A stretch of DNA of 64,000 bases from Camelus dromedarius (GCF_036321535.1 NC_087437.1:89158001-89222000); one strand, 5' to 3'; counted from the stretch's first letter, positions 40,292-54,300 are shown. Translations and numbers: made by a program. The notes: a model not told the origin generated them from the sequence alone.

Positions 40292-40462
40292 GGGGCACAG
40301 TATATAGCTCAATGGGAGAGTGCACACTTAGCATGCGTGATGTCCTGGGTTCAATACCCAGTACCTCCATTAAAAAATAAGTAAATAAATAAAACATAAT
40401 TACCCCCCAAAAAATAAAAGTAAATAAATAAAAATAAATTTAAAATAAATAAATACTTTTTT
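40292..40462 (+). mobile_element. tRNA-derived SINE (Vic-1 type)
   Basis: tatagctcaatgggagagtgcacacttagcatg...gtcctgggttcaatacccagtacctcc with (TAAA)n tail; TSD AAACAGCCT at 40279-40287 and 40463-40471. Confidence 0.88.
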
Positions 40463-41179
40463 AAACAGCCTATCTCTCAAAACAAGTTATGTTTTTATGT
40501 TTTCTGTTCTAACTTCTATAAGAAATAAAGATTATATTTTGGCTTCCATCTTTAATTTTTGTTTTACTTCTCACATTTCTTAAAAGGGTGGGTGCCATAT
40601 AAAGAGGCTACCTCAGAGATCCCAATGAAACCATATAAACTTTTCTGTAGTTTCTTGATGAATTATAAGTACTTGGTTATTCCTTGTAAATTAAGATATA
40701 ATTCATATCAAATCCATCCCTACCAGAGTCATAAGAGATGCAAGTGTAAAAGCAATTAGAAGACTTACTTAAGAGAAGAACATTGTAAAATATGCAGAAT
40801 AGTATGTTTTGTTAAGCTATAAAAACTGTTCAGCAAGCTGGTGTTGATAGAGCGTTTGTGTTTTAAAGCCGTCAAAATTTCAAATATGCCCAAATATATT
40901 CAGTTTCCCTCATGACTACTATATCACATCATTCCTTATAATAGTCTTTGTTTATTTTGAGATCACAAGCCACAGGCTCAGAAATGATCTTAGGGAGGAC
41001 CCAATCCACTTGCCTTATTTCCAGTAGAATCCAAGGACTGGAGACATTAAGTCATTTCTTCAAAATCACACAACGAACCAGAAACAGAGAGAAAATTCAA
41101 TTCAGTATTAAGAAAAAGATCAAACTCTTCAGATGTTTAAGTGCTTACTCAAAGAGGTAATTACTGTTATTCAAATAAT

Positions 41180-41410
41180 ATAATGGTTTACATTTGTTGA
41201 ACATTTAATTCATGGTGAAAACTGCTCTTAGCATTTTACATGCATTGTCTCACTTCATATCACAATTCTGCAGGATGTACGTATTGTTAGATTCATGTTC
41301 TAGATGATGAAAGTGAGGCTTAGTGCAAATAACTTGCCCCTTCCTTGTGTGGTGAGTAAATGAGGCAGCTGGGATTTGAAATCAGCCCTGCCAAATATGA
41401 AGCTTATAGT
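41180..41410 (-). mobile_element. MIR SINE
   Basis: catttgttgaaca...ttttacatgcattgtctca...agatgatgaaagtgaggcttag...aataacttgccc...gctgggatttgaa. Confidence 0.7.
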
Positions 41411-41899
41411 TTAATATACTCTGAATCTAATCTGTCTCTTAAAGTGGAAATGATTACCAATTTTCAATTTAGCTCTACATTTTTTTTTTAATTTCCAACT
41501 TCTCCACTCCATCTTATCATTATGGGTAAGCAATAATTTAAATTACATTACAAAAAAAAATACTAAAAGTAAATAATGTTCAAACACAGAAACTCCCAGC
41601 AGTTTTCTTTTACTTGTAACATATAAATATGTGCCCAGAAGTCACACATAGGAAGGAGAACTTAAAGTCAATATCAAATTAAAATAGCTTTGAATCACAC
41701 CTGTGCATTTTCACAAACTACTTGACATATTTTGGAGATCCGTGAATTCAGGTAAACACATTTATATATGATACAAAGTACACACAAAAAGACTTAAAAA
41801 TAATGACCCCTTAATGTACTTTTTATCGCCTAGGCATTTTATAAATGTAAGCTTGTAATATAAAGTTCATTCTACACATTTCAGTACTAAAAAATAGAT

Positions 41900-42040
41900 A
41901 ATACTGTTTATTCACATAGCACCCATTTTATAGGTAAGAAAGTTGGGGAGTAATTAAATGTTAAGTTATCCAAGACTACCCAGGTATAAAGTTAATTTAA
42001 ATCTGAGCAGCCCAGGCAGAGTCTATGCTTTTAACCATTA
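41900..42040 (-). mobile_element. MIR fragment
   Basis: cccattttataggtaagaaa...ttatccaag...cagagtctatgcttttaacca. Confidence 0.5.
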
Positions 42041-42263
42041 TTTGTTACTGTCACAGTAATAGTTTTGGGTCTTACTATAATAAAAACATTGGGATTTTTT
42101 GGATAGGTTAATACTACCCAATTCAACCAATTAAGTACTATTGCTTAAAACTTACAGTAGCAAAAGACAAATCCAATGCAGACCTCATTAGCTGTTAGAC
42201 ATTATTTATTATGTATAGGTCACAGATATAGAAAATACTATCAATATAGCATTAGATTCTTTC

Positions 42264-42481
42264 TAGAGCAACACAGTCCAATAGAACTGAACTCCAATAG
42301 ATGAAAAATTTCAGTATCTGAGTTGCCCAATACGGGAGCCACGTGACTACTAAACACTTGAAATGTGGCTAGTATGACTGAGAAACTGACTCTTTAATTT
42401 TATGTAACTTTAGTAAATGTAAATTTAAATAAAATAGTCTTGTGTGGCTGGTAGCCACCACACTGAATAGCTCAACACTAG
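42264..42481. mobile_element. hAT-Charlie MITE (MER3-like)
   Basis: gtccaatagaact...cacttgaaatgtggctagtatgactgagaaactga...aaatttaaata...gtggctggtagccacc. Confidence 0.75.
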
Positions 42482-43470
42482 GAATGCCCTAAAGTAATGG
42501 CTTTCAGCCCTTTATGACTGAGTAGAGTAAGAAATGTATTTTACATCACAAAGCCGTATACCATAACTGTGTGATTGTTGCTTGTGCACGTGTAACCAAA
42601 ATGAAATTTTTACAAAATAATACTAACCAACATTCACTCTGATATTAGCTTTTCATTTCTATTGTTTAGTAAAAATATTGCCTCACAAAATTGATTCTAT
42701 GGTATATTAACAGTTGAGATACGTTTCACGACTCTTCAGCCATGGATGTGCACGTATTAAAGTGTCGTTTTCGCTCTCCTTTTCTAAAGAGAACTGAAAG
42801 CCATTTCCAAGCACCGACACAAATGGCACTGAACATTTTACTCCTGTGCTTTCTTTACTGGGGCTAAAAGAAAATCAGAGGACCTTGAGTCTTGAAAAGA
42901 GAGAGAATCTCGGTGGTAGACTTATTTTCTGTTTTCAGGGAGAGCTGATGTTGGTGGTCACAGAGGGTGTTCAGGAATGTGTGAAGATTCAGGAGGATGA
43001 GGAAGGGTAGATAAAAACTTCTCCTTTCAGGTCAGAAGTGTAAGAAGTGTGCTCAGAGTTACTTGCATCTGCGAAGCACCGCAGTGGATCTCAGGAGGAA
43101 GGCAGAGGAAATGATCAAAGCGAGAAGGGAATCTAGGAAAGGAGACGGAGGCAAGGAACAATGTCAAAAGTCTTCCCTATCCTGAGTACTGGAGCCTGCT
43201 GCATGTCTCAAAATCGACTTACACACACACACACACCCTCGTTAGTGACTGAATAACCTCATACTCAAAATAACAAAGAGACATATTAAAACTCTCAGTC
43301 ACTGTTAGCATTTGGCAAATCTAATGTTTATCAATGATGTCTGCTAATGCAAGCTCTTCCTAAAACAGTATATGAAAGTACGGGCAGGTGGAACGTGTCA
43401 CGCTGTCTTGTGCAGCCTCTTGTATCTGGACAAAGTGGTTGCTCTTTCAATCTATGAACTTGGTCTAGGC

Positions 43471-43699
43471 TTTTTTTTTTTAATTTAAAAAAATATTTTT
43501 GTTGTTGAAGTATAGTTGATTTACAATATTGGGTAAGTTTCTGATGTACAGCATAGTGATTCAGTTATAAATATACATATATTATCTTTCATATTCTTTT
43601 CCTTTATGGTTTATTACAGGATATTGAGTATAGTGCTATACAGTAAGACCTTGTTTGTCCATTTTATATATAATATGGATAATCCCCAAACTCCCAATT
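43471..43699 (-). mobile_element. Short L1 3'-end insertion
   Basis: Poly-T then ttgaagtatagttgatttacaata...gtacagcatagtgattcagt; TSD TAGGCTTTTT at 43466 and 43700; TTTT/AA site. Confidence 0.85.
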
Positions 43700-44723
43700 T
43701 AGGCTTTTTAATAGTACTGATATATTACAATAATTTCACTTACTTGAGATGCAAATAAAAATATATGCAGTATATTATTGAAACAATTGTCTAATTTTAT
43801 CTTTGTAGCAAGGTAGTTGAATTTTTATTTTTCCTGTGAATGTACTAAAATTAGGATTGTTATTATATGTGTCTGAAGTCTTATCAGTGTAATTGAAAGT
43901 TAGAGAACTGCAAGTCAAACCAACTTTCCAATATTTTTCAAAATCAGTGTTAGTGCTTTTCTCTTTTTCCTTTCTGAACTGCTTTTTAGGTTATCAAAAC
44001 ATTATCTCTTGTTTGTTTATCTTCTCAACTCAACTGAAAAGTTATCTGTTTTTCTAAAGGCTTATCTTGAATTGTGCTCTAAATGCATTGCCTAACCCTG
44101 CATCCCAATTTCTATGCAGTTTGTGGGAAGTTTTTGTAAATGTATTTTAGTATATTCAATATTAGAGAAGATTAGCAAATTTATGTTGAGTGGGTGGATG
44201 TTTACACCAGACAAATACAGATGAAAATGATTTGTCTCTACTTCCATTAACCTTCGTTCACATTTTTTCATGAATATATTATAGTTTTAAAAATATTTGG
44301 GACTTTCCCGGATTAAAGCTTATCACTAGTTTAAGTAAAACAAAGCAGAGAGAATACAGAAGAAAAAGAGGACACAAATTAATCTGGGTCTTACCCCATA
44401 CATTTTCTCTCTGTTTCCAATTTTAATATATATGCTGCGAAGTGAGCATCACGTAATGATGTATAAAGTTTATAATCTTCACACTTTCAAAGCCAAAGTA
44501 CCTTTAATGTTCATTTTCTGTGGTGTCATGTGTTTGTAACAAATACATCCAAGGTTATGTTCTATTTATTCACTGATTTTGATGGTTTCCTAGAATGGTT
44601 TTCTTCCAAGGGGAGAAGTATAGGAATAATGATATTTGGTTGCATATTCTGCTATCTCTTACAAAATCTATTTTGATTTCACTTATTGTACACATTTCAT
44701 GAAAATGTACTCAAGTGATATAG

Positions 44724-44810
44724 AATATATATGTATGTGTATATATATATATATATATGTGTATATCTATATATATATATACACGTGTGTGTGTGTGTAT
44801 ACATATATAT
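44724..44810. repeat. Compound (TA)n/(TG)n microsatellite
   Basis: Read directly. Confidence 0.9.
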
Positions 44811-45889
44811 CCTCAGTGTTAAAATAGGAAACTTAAGAATTTAATCTTTCCAGCAAATAAATATGTGATTATTTCTGTATTCTGTAGAAACCCTGACTAA
44901 AATTCCCAAAGACTAATAGGGCAGGTCATTTTATTTTTGTTAGGTTATAATTATTAAAAAGTAATTTCTTATATTGAGCCAAACTTTCTTCTCCAATAAC
45001 TTCCACAAGTTAATACTAATTATACTTTCAATACTGTGGTGAAAAAAAAAAAACTGGTCTTCAAAAAGATACATTTTTTACTGTAGATTTCAAACATTAA
45101 AAGAGCTTTATTGATTTTTCTGATAAGATCATAATATATTTTACAAATGACATAAACCACAGTATAAAGTATCTGTAATAAAGTAAAAAGTGGCAATCAC
45201 TCATAATCTCACAATCCAGAGAAAAAACTATTAATATTTTTGTCTAATATGTTGGCATTTTAATGCATATATATGGCCACTTCTTAGAAATAAAGTTGTT
45301 TTTAATCTACATATCATTTTATACCTACTTTGTCCAGTTATGCAATGTTATCTTACCATTACAAACAGATACACACATATATATGTATATACATCTATAT
45401 AGAATCGAAGATTAATTGAATACATAATCTTCCATTATTGGAAGATGCAATTACTGGATCAGTTTTTATTCATGGTCATACACATCATGTTGTTGTATTT
45501 TATTCTTTAAGTAATGTTGAAATGAAAGTCACTCTGTGTACAAATTTTGTCTTTGTAGACATCATTCTGTTTACAATATCTAAGATCTTTATAGTCTTTT
45601 CTTAAAATTAATTTCCATAAATGAATTTGCTGGGTCAAAGTTACTTCCCATATTTTTAAGAATTTTGGTACGTATTGCTCTTCTATGTAGTGTTGAGCTC
45701 TTGAGAACAGAAGAATGGGTATTTGGAACCAACTACTCACTATGACCAATCAGAAAACCTGAACAAAGGGCCTTCCCTTTTACATCACTGGAGAGTTAAC
45801 AACATAGTGTATTTTATACATTTTAAATGAAATAACATCAAATACACAACAAATTTTCTTTAAACCCAGCCCCTAGCTCATTTTACTAA

Positions 45890-46384
45890 GCTAGGATTTG
45901 CATGATCCTAAACCATGAGAATATTACAAGAGAGGAAAAATATCAGGCCAATCTCACTCATGAGCATAAATGCAAAAATACAGATTAGCAAATGAATTAA
46001 AAGTACATTGAAAGTTAATTTAGCCAGAAATGTAACGTTGTTTTTTAATGTTTAAAATTGTGAGTAGCTCCACGTATGTAAAATTATTTTTTAAGCAATT
46101 CAACATCAATGTATTATCAGAACTCCTAGCACACTATAACTAGGAGATTTTCTTAACCATTTAAAGGGAATCTACCAAGCAACAATGATAAACATCAAAT
46201 TTGAGGAAGAAATTTTGAAAAACTTTTCTCTGTGATCTAACAAAATAAATACTTAGATTACTACAACTTCTGTTCAGCACTGCAAAGGCAGATCTTGATG
46301 GTAAAATGTCAAGAAAAAGAAGTAGAATTTCACAAGATTGAAAAAAGAATTATAATTTATGATCCACAGACAACTCCATGTAAA
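45890..46384 (+). mobile_element. Very old L1 ORF2 remnant
   Basis: aggccaatctcactcatgagcataaatgcaaaaa...ttagcaaatgaatt, A-rich strand. Confidence 0.5.
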
Positions 46385-49180
46385 AATCCAGGTCCTCTGC
46401 CCATTTTTTCATTTTCATATTCTTTTTTATTATAGGTTACTACAACATATTGAATATAGTTCCATGCGCTATACAGAAGAAACTTGTTGTTTATCTATTT
46501 TATATATACTAGTTAATATCTACAAATCTCAAACTCCTAATTTATCCCTTCCCACCCCCTTAACCCCTTGGTAACTATAAGTTTGTTCTCTATGTAAGTC
46601 TGTTTCTATTTTGTAAATAAGTTCATTTGTATCCTTTTTAAGATTCCACATATAAGCAATATCATATGATATTTTTCTTTCTCTTTCTGTCTTATTTCAC
46701 TTAGAATGACAGTCTCCAGTTCCATCCATGTTGCTGCAAATGCCTCTGCCCATTTCTTTAATTGGGTTGTTTGGTTTTTTAATGTTGAGTTGTATGACTT
46801 CTTTGTGTATTTTGGATGTTAACGCCTAATCAGATATATCACTTGTAAATATCTTCTCCCATTAAATAGGCAGCCTTTTTATTCTGTTGATAGTTTCCTT
46901 TGCTGTGCAAATCTTTTTAGTTTGATGTAATCCCATTTGCTTATTTTTGCTTTTGTCTCCCTTGACTGAGGAGACATATCCAAGAAAAAAAAAATTGCTA
47001 AGATTGATGTCAAAGAGTGTACTGCCTATGTTTTCTTCTATGTGATTTATGGTTTCAGGTCTTATATTTAAGTCTCTAATCCATTTTGAGTTTATTTTTG
47101 TATATAGTGTGACATAGTCACCCAATTTGATTCTTCTGCATGTAGCTGTTCACTTTTCCCATCACCATTTATTGAAGAGGCTATCTTTTCCTCATTGCAT
47201 ATTCTTGCCTCCTTTGTCATGGATTAACCCACCATCTATGTGTGGTGAGTTAATTTGTGAGCTGTGTACATTTCTATGTGTTCATTTCTGGAGTCTCTGT
47301 TCTGTTCTATAGATATATATTTGCTTTTGTGTTAGTATCATACTGTTTTCATTACTGTAGCTTTGTAATTTACTTTGAAATCAAGAATTGTGATTCTTCC
47401 ATTTTAGTTCTTCTTTCTTAGGATTGCTTTGGCCAATCAGGGTCTTCTGTGTTTCCATAGATATTTTAAAATTATGAGTTCTAGTTCTATTAATGATGCC
47501 AGTGGTATTTTATTAAGGACTACATTGCATCTATTTATTGCCTTGGGTAGTATGGTCATTTTAACATTACTAATTCTTGTAATACATGAACATGATACAT
47601 CTTTCCATTTGCTACTCTTGTCTTTAATTTATTTCATCAGTTCTTATAGTTTTCTGAGTGCAAGTCTTATACTCCTTAATTAGATTTATTCCTAGGTTTT
47701 TTTTTTTTTTTTTGGTGTGATGGTAAGTGGGATTGTTTTCTTAATATCTGTTTCTGATAGTTCACTGATAGCATTGATAGTTTGTTGTTAGTGTATAGAA
47801 ACACAACCGATTTCTGTATATTAATTTTATATCCAGAAAATTTTCTGAATTCATTGATGAATTCACTTATCAAAAGTAGATTTTTGGTGGTATCTTTAAG
47901 ATTTCTGTGTATAGTATAGTGTCATCTGCAAACAGTGACAGTTTTACTTCTTCCTTTCCAATTTGGATTCTCATTATTTCTTTTTCTGATTTCTATGGCT
48001 AGTACTTTCAACACTATGTTGCATAAAAGTGTTGAGAGTGAACATCCTTGTCTTGTTCTTGAGCTTAAAGTAAATGCTTTCAACTTTTCACCATTGAGTA
48101 TGATATTAGCTGTGGGCTTATCATATATGGCCTTTATTATGTTGAGATATGTTCCCTCTATGCCCACTTCATTGAGAGCTTTTATCATAAATGTTTATAT
48201 GATTTTATTCTTCAGTTTCTTAATGCGGTATATATATCACACTGATTGATTTGGGAATGTTGAACCATCCCTGCATCCCTTGGATAACCCCCACTTGATT
48301 ATGATGTATGATCTTTTTAATGTATTATTGAATTTGATTTGATGATATTTTGTTGAAGATTTTTGCATCTCTGTTCATGAGTGGTATTGGTCTATAATTT
48401 TCTTTTTTTGTGGTATCTTTGTCTAGTTTTGTTATTCAGGGTTGTGCTGGCCTCACAGAACGAGTTTGGAAGCATCCCTTTCTCTATAATATTTTAGAAT
48501 AGTTTGTGAAAGACGTTTGTTAGAATTCACCTGTGAAATGTGCAGCCATCTAGTCCTGGACGTTTTTGGGAGTTTGTTGTTGTTGCTGTTGTTTTTTAAC
48601 TGATTCAGTTTCATCTCTGGTAATTAGTCTGTTCATATTTTATCTTTCTTACAGATTCAGTCTTGAGAGATAAAATATTATTTCTAGGAGTTTGTTAATT
48701 TCTTCTATGTTACCCATCATATTAGCATGCAATTGTAGTAACTCATGATCCTTTGTATTTATGTAGTGTTAGTTTTAACTTCTCCTTTTTCATTTACAAT
48801 TTTATTTGAGCTCTTTCTCTTTTTTTCTTGATGAGTCTGGCTATAGATTTATCAATTTTGTTTATCTTTTCAAAAAACCAGCTCTTAGTTTCAGTGATCT
48901 TGTCTATTGTTTTTCTAGTCTCTATATCATTTATTTCTGCTCTGATCTTTATTATTTCTTCCTTTCTACTAACTTTGAGGTTTATTTTTTCTTCTTTTCC
49001 TGGTTCCTTTTGTGTAAGGATAGGTTGAGATTTTTCTTGTTTCATGAGGTAGGCTTGTATTACTATAAACTTCCCTTTTAGAATTGCTTTCTCTGAGTCC
49101 CATGAATTTTGGATTATTATGTCTTTGTATTTATTTGTCTTCAGGTATTTTTTATTTTCCTCTTTTATTTCTTCAGTGAA
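46385..49180 (-). mobile_element. L1 ORF2 fragment (~2.5 kb, frameshifted, no 3'UTR)
   Basis: Minus-strand ORFs give L1 ORF2p peptides: KVSRKEEIIKIRAEIN...[44 protein letters not shown]...TRQGC; INEFRKFSGYKINIQKSV; YTKINSKWIRDLNIRPETI. Confidence 0.95.
46408..46742 (-). mobile_element. Younger L1 3'UTR fragment nested in the older L1
   Basis: Matches the 10476-10817 sequence; flanked by CCTCTGCCCATTTT at 46394-46407 and 46743-46756. Confidence 0.85.
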
Positions 49181-52100
49181 CTTTAGTACATTTTTTATTC
49201 CTAAAAATATCTTGGCTTAAATGATAAATTACATTGTCATTCTAATCATAGATTATTGCTTCCATGGCTTTAAATAAAAATTAGTCTCTTGCAAATAGCC
49301 CTCTCTTTCACAGTTTACCCTCTCTAAATGTGGAACTTAATATATTAGTTGTTATTATAACATATCACTACTTTAAAATTTTTTTCAGATATGCATATTT
49401 CCAAACAATATTAAAATGTCAGTGAAAAATTTATAATAGTAAAACTGATACTCAGACTTCAAAATCTCAAATGGTGAACACCGATGCTCTCTGCTGCCTC
49501 ATTCAAAGAACTTTAGGAAATTTTTGTCTGTTATCCTTGATTCTATATTGATATTAGTAAAATATAAATATGAATTACTTTCAGGAACAAGATCACACTT
49601 TTGAGAACTTTTTCATAACAATGACAATGACCTTGTCTAATTTCCAGATCTTGTCCTACTTTTCTGTCCTGTTGCTCTGTCCCCTTGTGGTGTCACAAGG
49701 AAATTCTGTCACCTGCCCCAAGTATCCTTAAGAGCTAAGGTTTGGTTGTCTTTCTATTTATTTTATTTTTCTTTTTTGTCAGCCTCTTTTCAAGCTGGAG
49801 AACTCCAAGGCTTTTTTTTTTTTTTTTCAGGTCTTTGCTTTGTGAAATTTTTAGCTTTGAATTATATTTCCTCTTTCCATATCATATTTGTCCCTCATTA
49901 AAAAATAATACTTTTTTAACCTAAAATTTCATAATGAATTGAAAAATAGTATCTTGTTTTGGATGATAGGTGTGTGCCCAACCTTAGACTATAAATTGTC
50001 ACTATGTCTGTGTGACTGACTTCCAAACTAAATAAACTCAGTGAGAATTGTTCTTTTATCATTATTCAGCCTCTTATTTAAATTTTATTCTATTCATTCT
50101 TGCCTAAAATGACTTTAGATCTTGCTGATTCTCTCGTAATCTTCCAAAAATAACAATTAAAATTATTATTTATGAATGAATAGTCATTATTTATCAAAAA
50201 GTCCTATGTATTCAGTATTTTCGTGTGCAAGTTTGACTGTGAAAATGTAAATAAATGCAGCAATTCCTAATCCATTCTGCTTTGAATAAAATGCATCAAT
50301 GTCAATTTTTTAGAAACGTGAACATAATAAAATGAAGGATTTTTATATAAACAGAGTCTGCATTTCCTCAATAGTGTTATAGAAGAAAATAAAGAGACTT
50401 CAAAAGCCATTTATTATTTGACTTTAAGGTCATTGTTTATCTTATTTCTCAAGTAATTTTAATCCCTCTCTCCTAGTTAGTTAAATAATACATTTTTTTC
50501 TAATATATGGAAAAAAATTTAAGCTTAAACTGTCTTCCACTTATTTTCCCCTTTAGTTTGTTCTTCAGTATATGATAAAACAGGAGCACACCATTGTTCG
50601 CTTATCAATTACGAAAGTGAAAATTTGCTTCATTATTCTCTGAGGAAACAAAAATTTCTGCAGATGAATATTTTCTTTCTTTAAATTCTTACAAAGAATG
50701 TGAAACATAAATACACTAACCTGTGTCACAAAAGATTCTGCTACTTAGAAAACTTTATTAAAGAGACTCTTTTTACTATATAAATAGCAATTTATTTTTT
50801 AGTTTCTAATTTGTTTGACCTTGACGTAAATGTGAACCCCCCCAAATCTACTTCCTTTCTGATTCTGCATTCTGGCAGAACTTATTAAAGCATAAGTCTT
50901 CATAAAGAAACTCTGTGCTTGGGTCATTTCTCTGGAAATATAAAGTAAAATGAAATGGTTTACCAACTTAAGGTACTCTCTGACTTGTGCAATGTGTGCA
51001 GTATTTAGAGAGATGTAGAGAGTTAAAGAGAAGCTATTGGTTTCAAATGGTCTTCAAGGAGAAGAAATAGCTATGATATACTTTGGCCTTGAGTGTGATA
51101 CTGAAAGCTTTATGATAATGTGCTGTCTACCAAGTTGCCACACGTGACAGTTAATCAGCCACAAGAATAAAGGTGCCAGGGTATGCAGTTCCCATCAGGC
51201 TGAATTCTTATGTGCAGTGACCCACTAGCATCATATTTCATATTTTGAAACTTCTCTTATTATCATTTCGTCTTTTATTTAATATTTCAACTCTATGGTT
51301 TCTGCTATGCCCTTGTTATTATTACATATATTAATAAAAATTCATGCAACATCACATTTTAAAAAGTATCTCTGTCATTAAGAAAATCAGAAAAAATATT
51401 ATGACTTCTCTACACTCTGGGCAAGAGGGTATTTTTAGCATAACAACTCTGAAAAGAAAAATAATGGAACGATAAGGGAAGTTGATTTTAGATAAAATAT
51501 TAATTTTTTTATAATACAGAAAGTTCTCTTCTAATCAAAGCTTGAAAATCCAACACAAAAATGCTAAAATATACATAAACACATAATTTGCCACAAAAGA
51601 AATGGCAAAAAAAGTTTTAAAAATTATCTCCCTAGTAATCGATAAAATGCAAAGAAAAATAATTCAAGGCTTATTTGGCTTCTCAAATTAATGGAGATTC
51701 AAATATAGTTAGAATGAGGATGGAAGAGAGAGACAGAGGGATAGAGAAACACTCTGGGTTGAAGAGATGCAGGGTAAGGACATGAACCATTAGTCGGCTT
51801 TTAGAAATTTATCAGAGAGTATTGAGTGACAAATGCAGATATTTACCTTCATCTCAGCTTTGCTTTTAAAAGCAAAATAAATGTTTAGAAAGAACGAAGG
51901 TCAAAAAAACTTAAATCATTTTGCATACCTGGGGAAAAGTTTCATTTAACACATTTTTCTGTGCCTAATATTCTAGGAATTGTGTTTATTATGTAATAGT
52001 AATGAAATAAAAAGCAACTTTTACTTTATGTCTAGATCCATTATATGATATGGTTAATTAACCCATGGTTAATTTGGTTAATTTCTGCATAATAAAATTA

Positions 52101-52297
52101 TGAATGATGTTCACATTCCTTATGTTTCTATATTTTCTAATCTCTATAATTTCTATATTACTTTCCTAATTAAAAAAGATTTTTTAACTAATATTATAAC
52201 TTTGTTGATATATCATTAACTGATTATTTTCTTTAGATACTGTGTGAATTTATCCTTCCTCTAATTACGTACACTTTTTAAGAAACATATTGCTTAC

Positions 52298-52430
52298 CTC
52301 TGGCAAGCCCGTTCAGATTATACCAAATTAAGTCATTTGGAAATACTTTCTCATAATTCATAAATTAATATTCAGGAAATTTATTGAAACTTAGCTAGAC
52401 TATATCAGCTTTATAAAACTGTTGGCTCAT
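52298..52430 (-). other. Candidate 133-nt exon (5'UTR and possible start MNYEKVF...)
   Basis: ttctctatgttttgtag| acceptor, GAG|GTAAGC donor; ATG at 52361 gives 21 codons + 1 nt (phase 1); all three frames closed upstream of it. Confidence 0.3.
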
Positions 52431-54094
52431 CTACAAAACATAGAGAACAATTAAAATTTTGAATATTTCTTTTTTTCTAATTCAACCAAATAAATACTTC
52501 TGTCCACTCTATCGAACAGTTAAAGGGTGATCTGGATATTTAGTTTATTCAACTGCAATCTATTTTCAGATTCATCCCTGTAAACTATATGTAACCCCTA
52601 GGCAAGGCTGACTATTCTGTGTAGCCAGACTCTAGCCACCTTGCCAGCTAGCAGACCAAGAGGCCTGAGCAGGCCAAGCTTAAATCAGCTGAGGATTTCC
52701 CTGATCAGTAGAGTTGCCCAGGCCACTTAGAATAGACTTATGAGAAATAATAAAGGATTTTTTGTTTTGTTTTAAGCTATTAAAGTTTTAAGTGTGTTTT
52801 TATAGAGCAGTAGCTATCTGACAGCTGTATTAAATAAAGCACGTTTCTAAATTCTTTAAATTATCATAATTACCCGTCCAATTTTAATTCAATACAGTTA
52901 CAAGATATCCTACAAACTTTTGAGAATCTCTTCTCAGATCCAGCCTTAAATAAGCTATTTTAAATATCCTAGTATTAGATGCTGAGAGCATGTATTTGGA
53001 GCTGTGTAACACAGTCATTTTTAGTTATAATAGCTACATAATCCCAAATATAGGAAAAGTGAAAATCAAGTGTTTGCCTTACGAAGAATGTAATAAAGTA
53101 TAGGCAACATTTCACTATTCAGAAATAAGTCAAACAAGGTTTAACCTTGAATTTGTCCATCTACTGACCAGTGTCAACTGGACTTTGGGTAGGTGAGGGT
53201 GGGAAAAACACTGACATTATCTTTCATGTCCTCTTTCCTCCCGTCTCCTTGGTGTCTATTCCCACTCTTCCCAGGTCAACAGGGCCTCTCAAATAAGCTC
53301 TCAGTCCCAAATTACTGATTTCAGTCTAGGAGATGAACATGGGCCAGGTCTTTATTATGATTTTACTGATTTTTTTCTGACCCTGAGAAACTAGACTGAC
53401 ATTATAAATATAACAAGTAGACTATTTGGAGAATAAAAGTTTCCTTTTGTTTATAACAATATCAACATAAAAAGCTTAGTTATGTATCGTCAACATTTCA
53501 TCCATTGATATTTTAGAACATCCTAATAATACGTTGTCTCCTAAATTATTAGATAGAAGCCTGTTAACTTTATTCATTGAGTGAAATCAGATGGCCCCAA
53601 ATTAACTAGTGAATAAGTTCACAAATCTTAAAAATTGTATCAGAAATGTTTTTAATGAGCATATTTGGGGAATTCTATTCCTCAAGGCTGCCTTCTGGAA
53701 TTGTGAATGTGTAGGCAGTGATCTTGAGGAAGGAGATGAGATAGCTCCTGCACTACATATCAATGAGACCTATATTGCATGGAGTGCCCATATATTTCAG
53801 CATGATGATTGCCTATTATAGTATTCAACTCTCAGCCTGTCACGTGGCTGTATGGTGAGTATTAAAGCAGTTTATCTGGGTCAAAGTGTTTACTGAAACT
53901 CATTAAAATGCAAATATATTACTTAAGAAAGGTAACACATTAAGTCACAGAATGTATTAATAACTTAACATGCATTACGCTATCTTAAGGTTCTTATAAT
54001 TGGTCTGTTAACACAGCCCTTAGAAGATAAATTCACTTGATTTTTTAATAATAGGCTTCTCAAGCTCAAGATTATTTTAACTTAATTCTTTTTT

Positions 54095-54300
54095 GTTGTT
54101 GTTCAAACTAGTTTTATAGGTAATAACCCAAAGCTGAAACCAACCAACATACTCATCAACAGGTGAATGGATAAATGATTAGCCATACAATGAATTACTG
54201 TTTTGTTGCTCAGCAACAAAAAGGAATTTACTATTGGTATATACAACATAGACAAATCTCAAAATGATTATGCTGAGTGAAAGTAGACCAAAATGTACGA
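54095..54300 (+). mobile_element. Old L1 ORF2-end/3'UTR remnant
   Basis: catcaacaggtgaatggataaa...catacaatg...aaatctcaaaatgattatgctgagtgaaag. Confidence 0.65.

Noticed and set aside
46862..49045. Reverse-transcriptase-like ORFs as an active or domesticated gene
   Set aside because: Short frameshifted L1 ORF2 pieces with stops; no ORF1, 5'UTR or intact RT.
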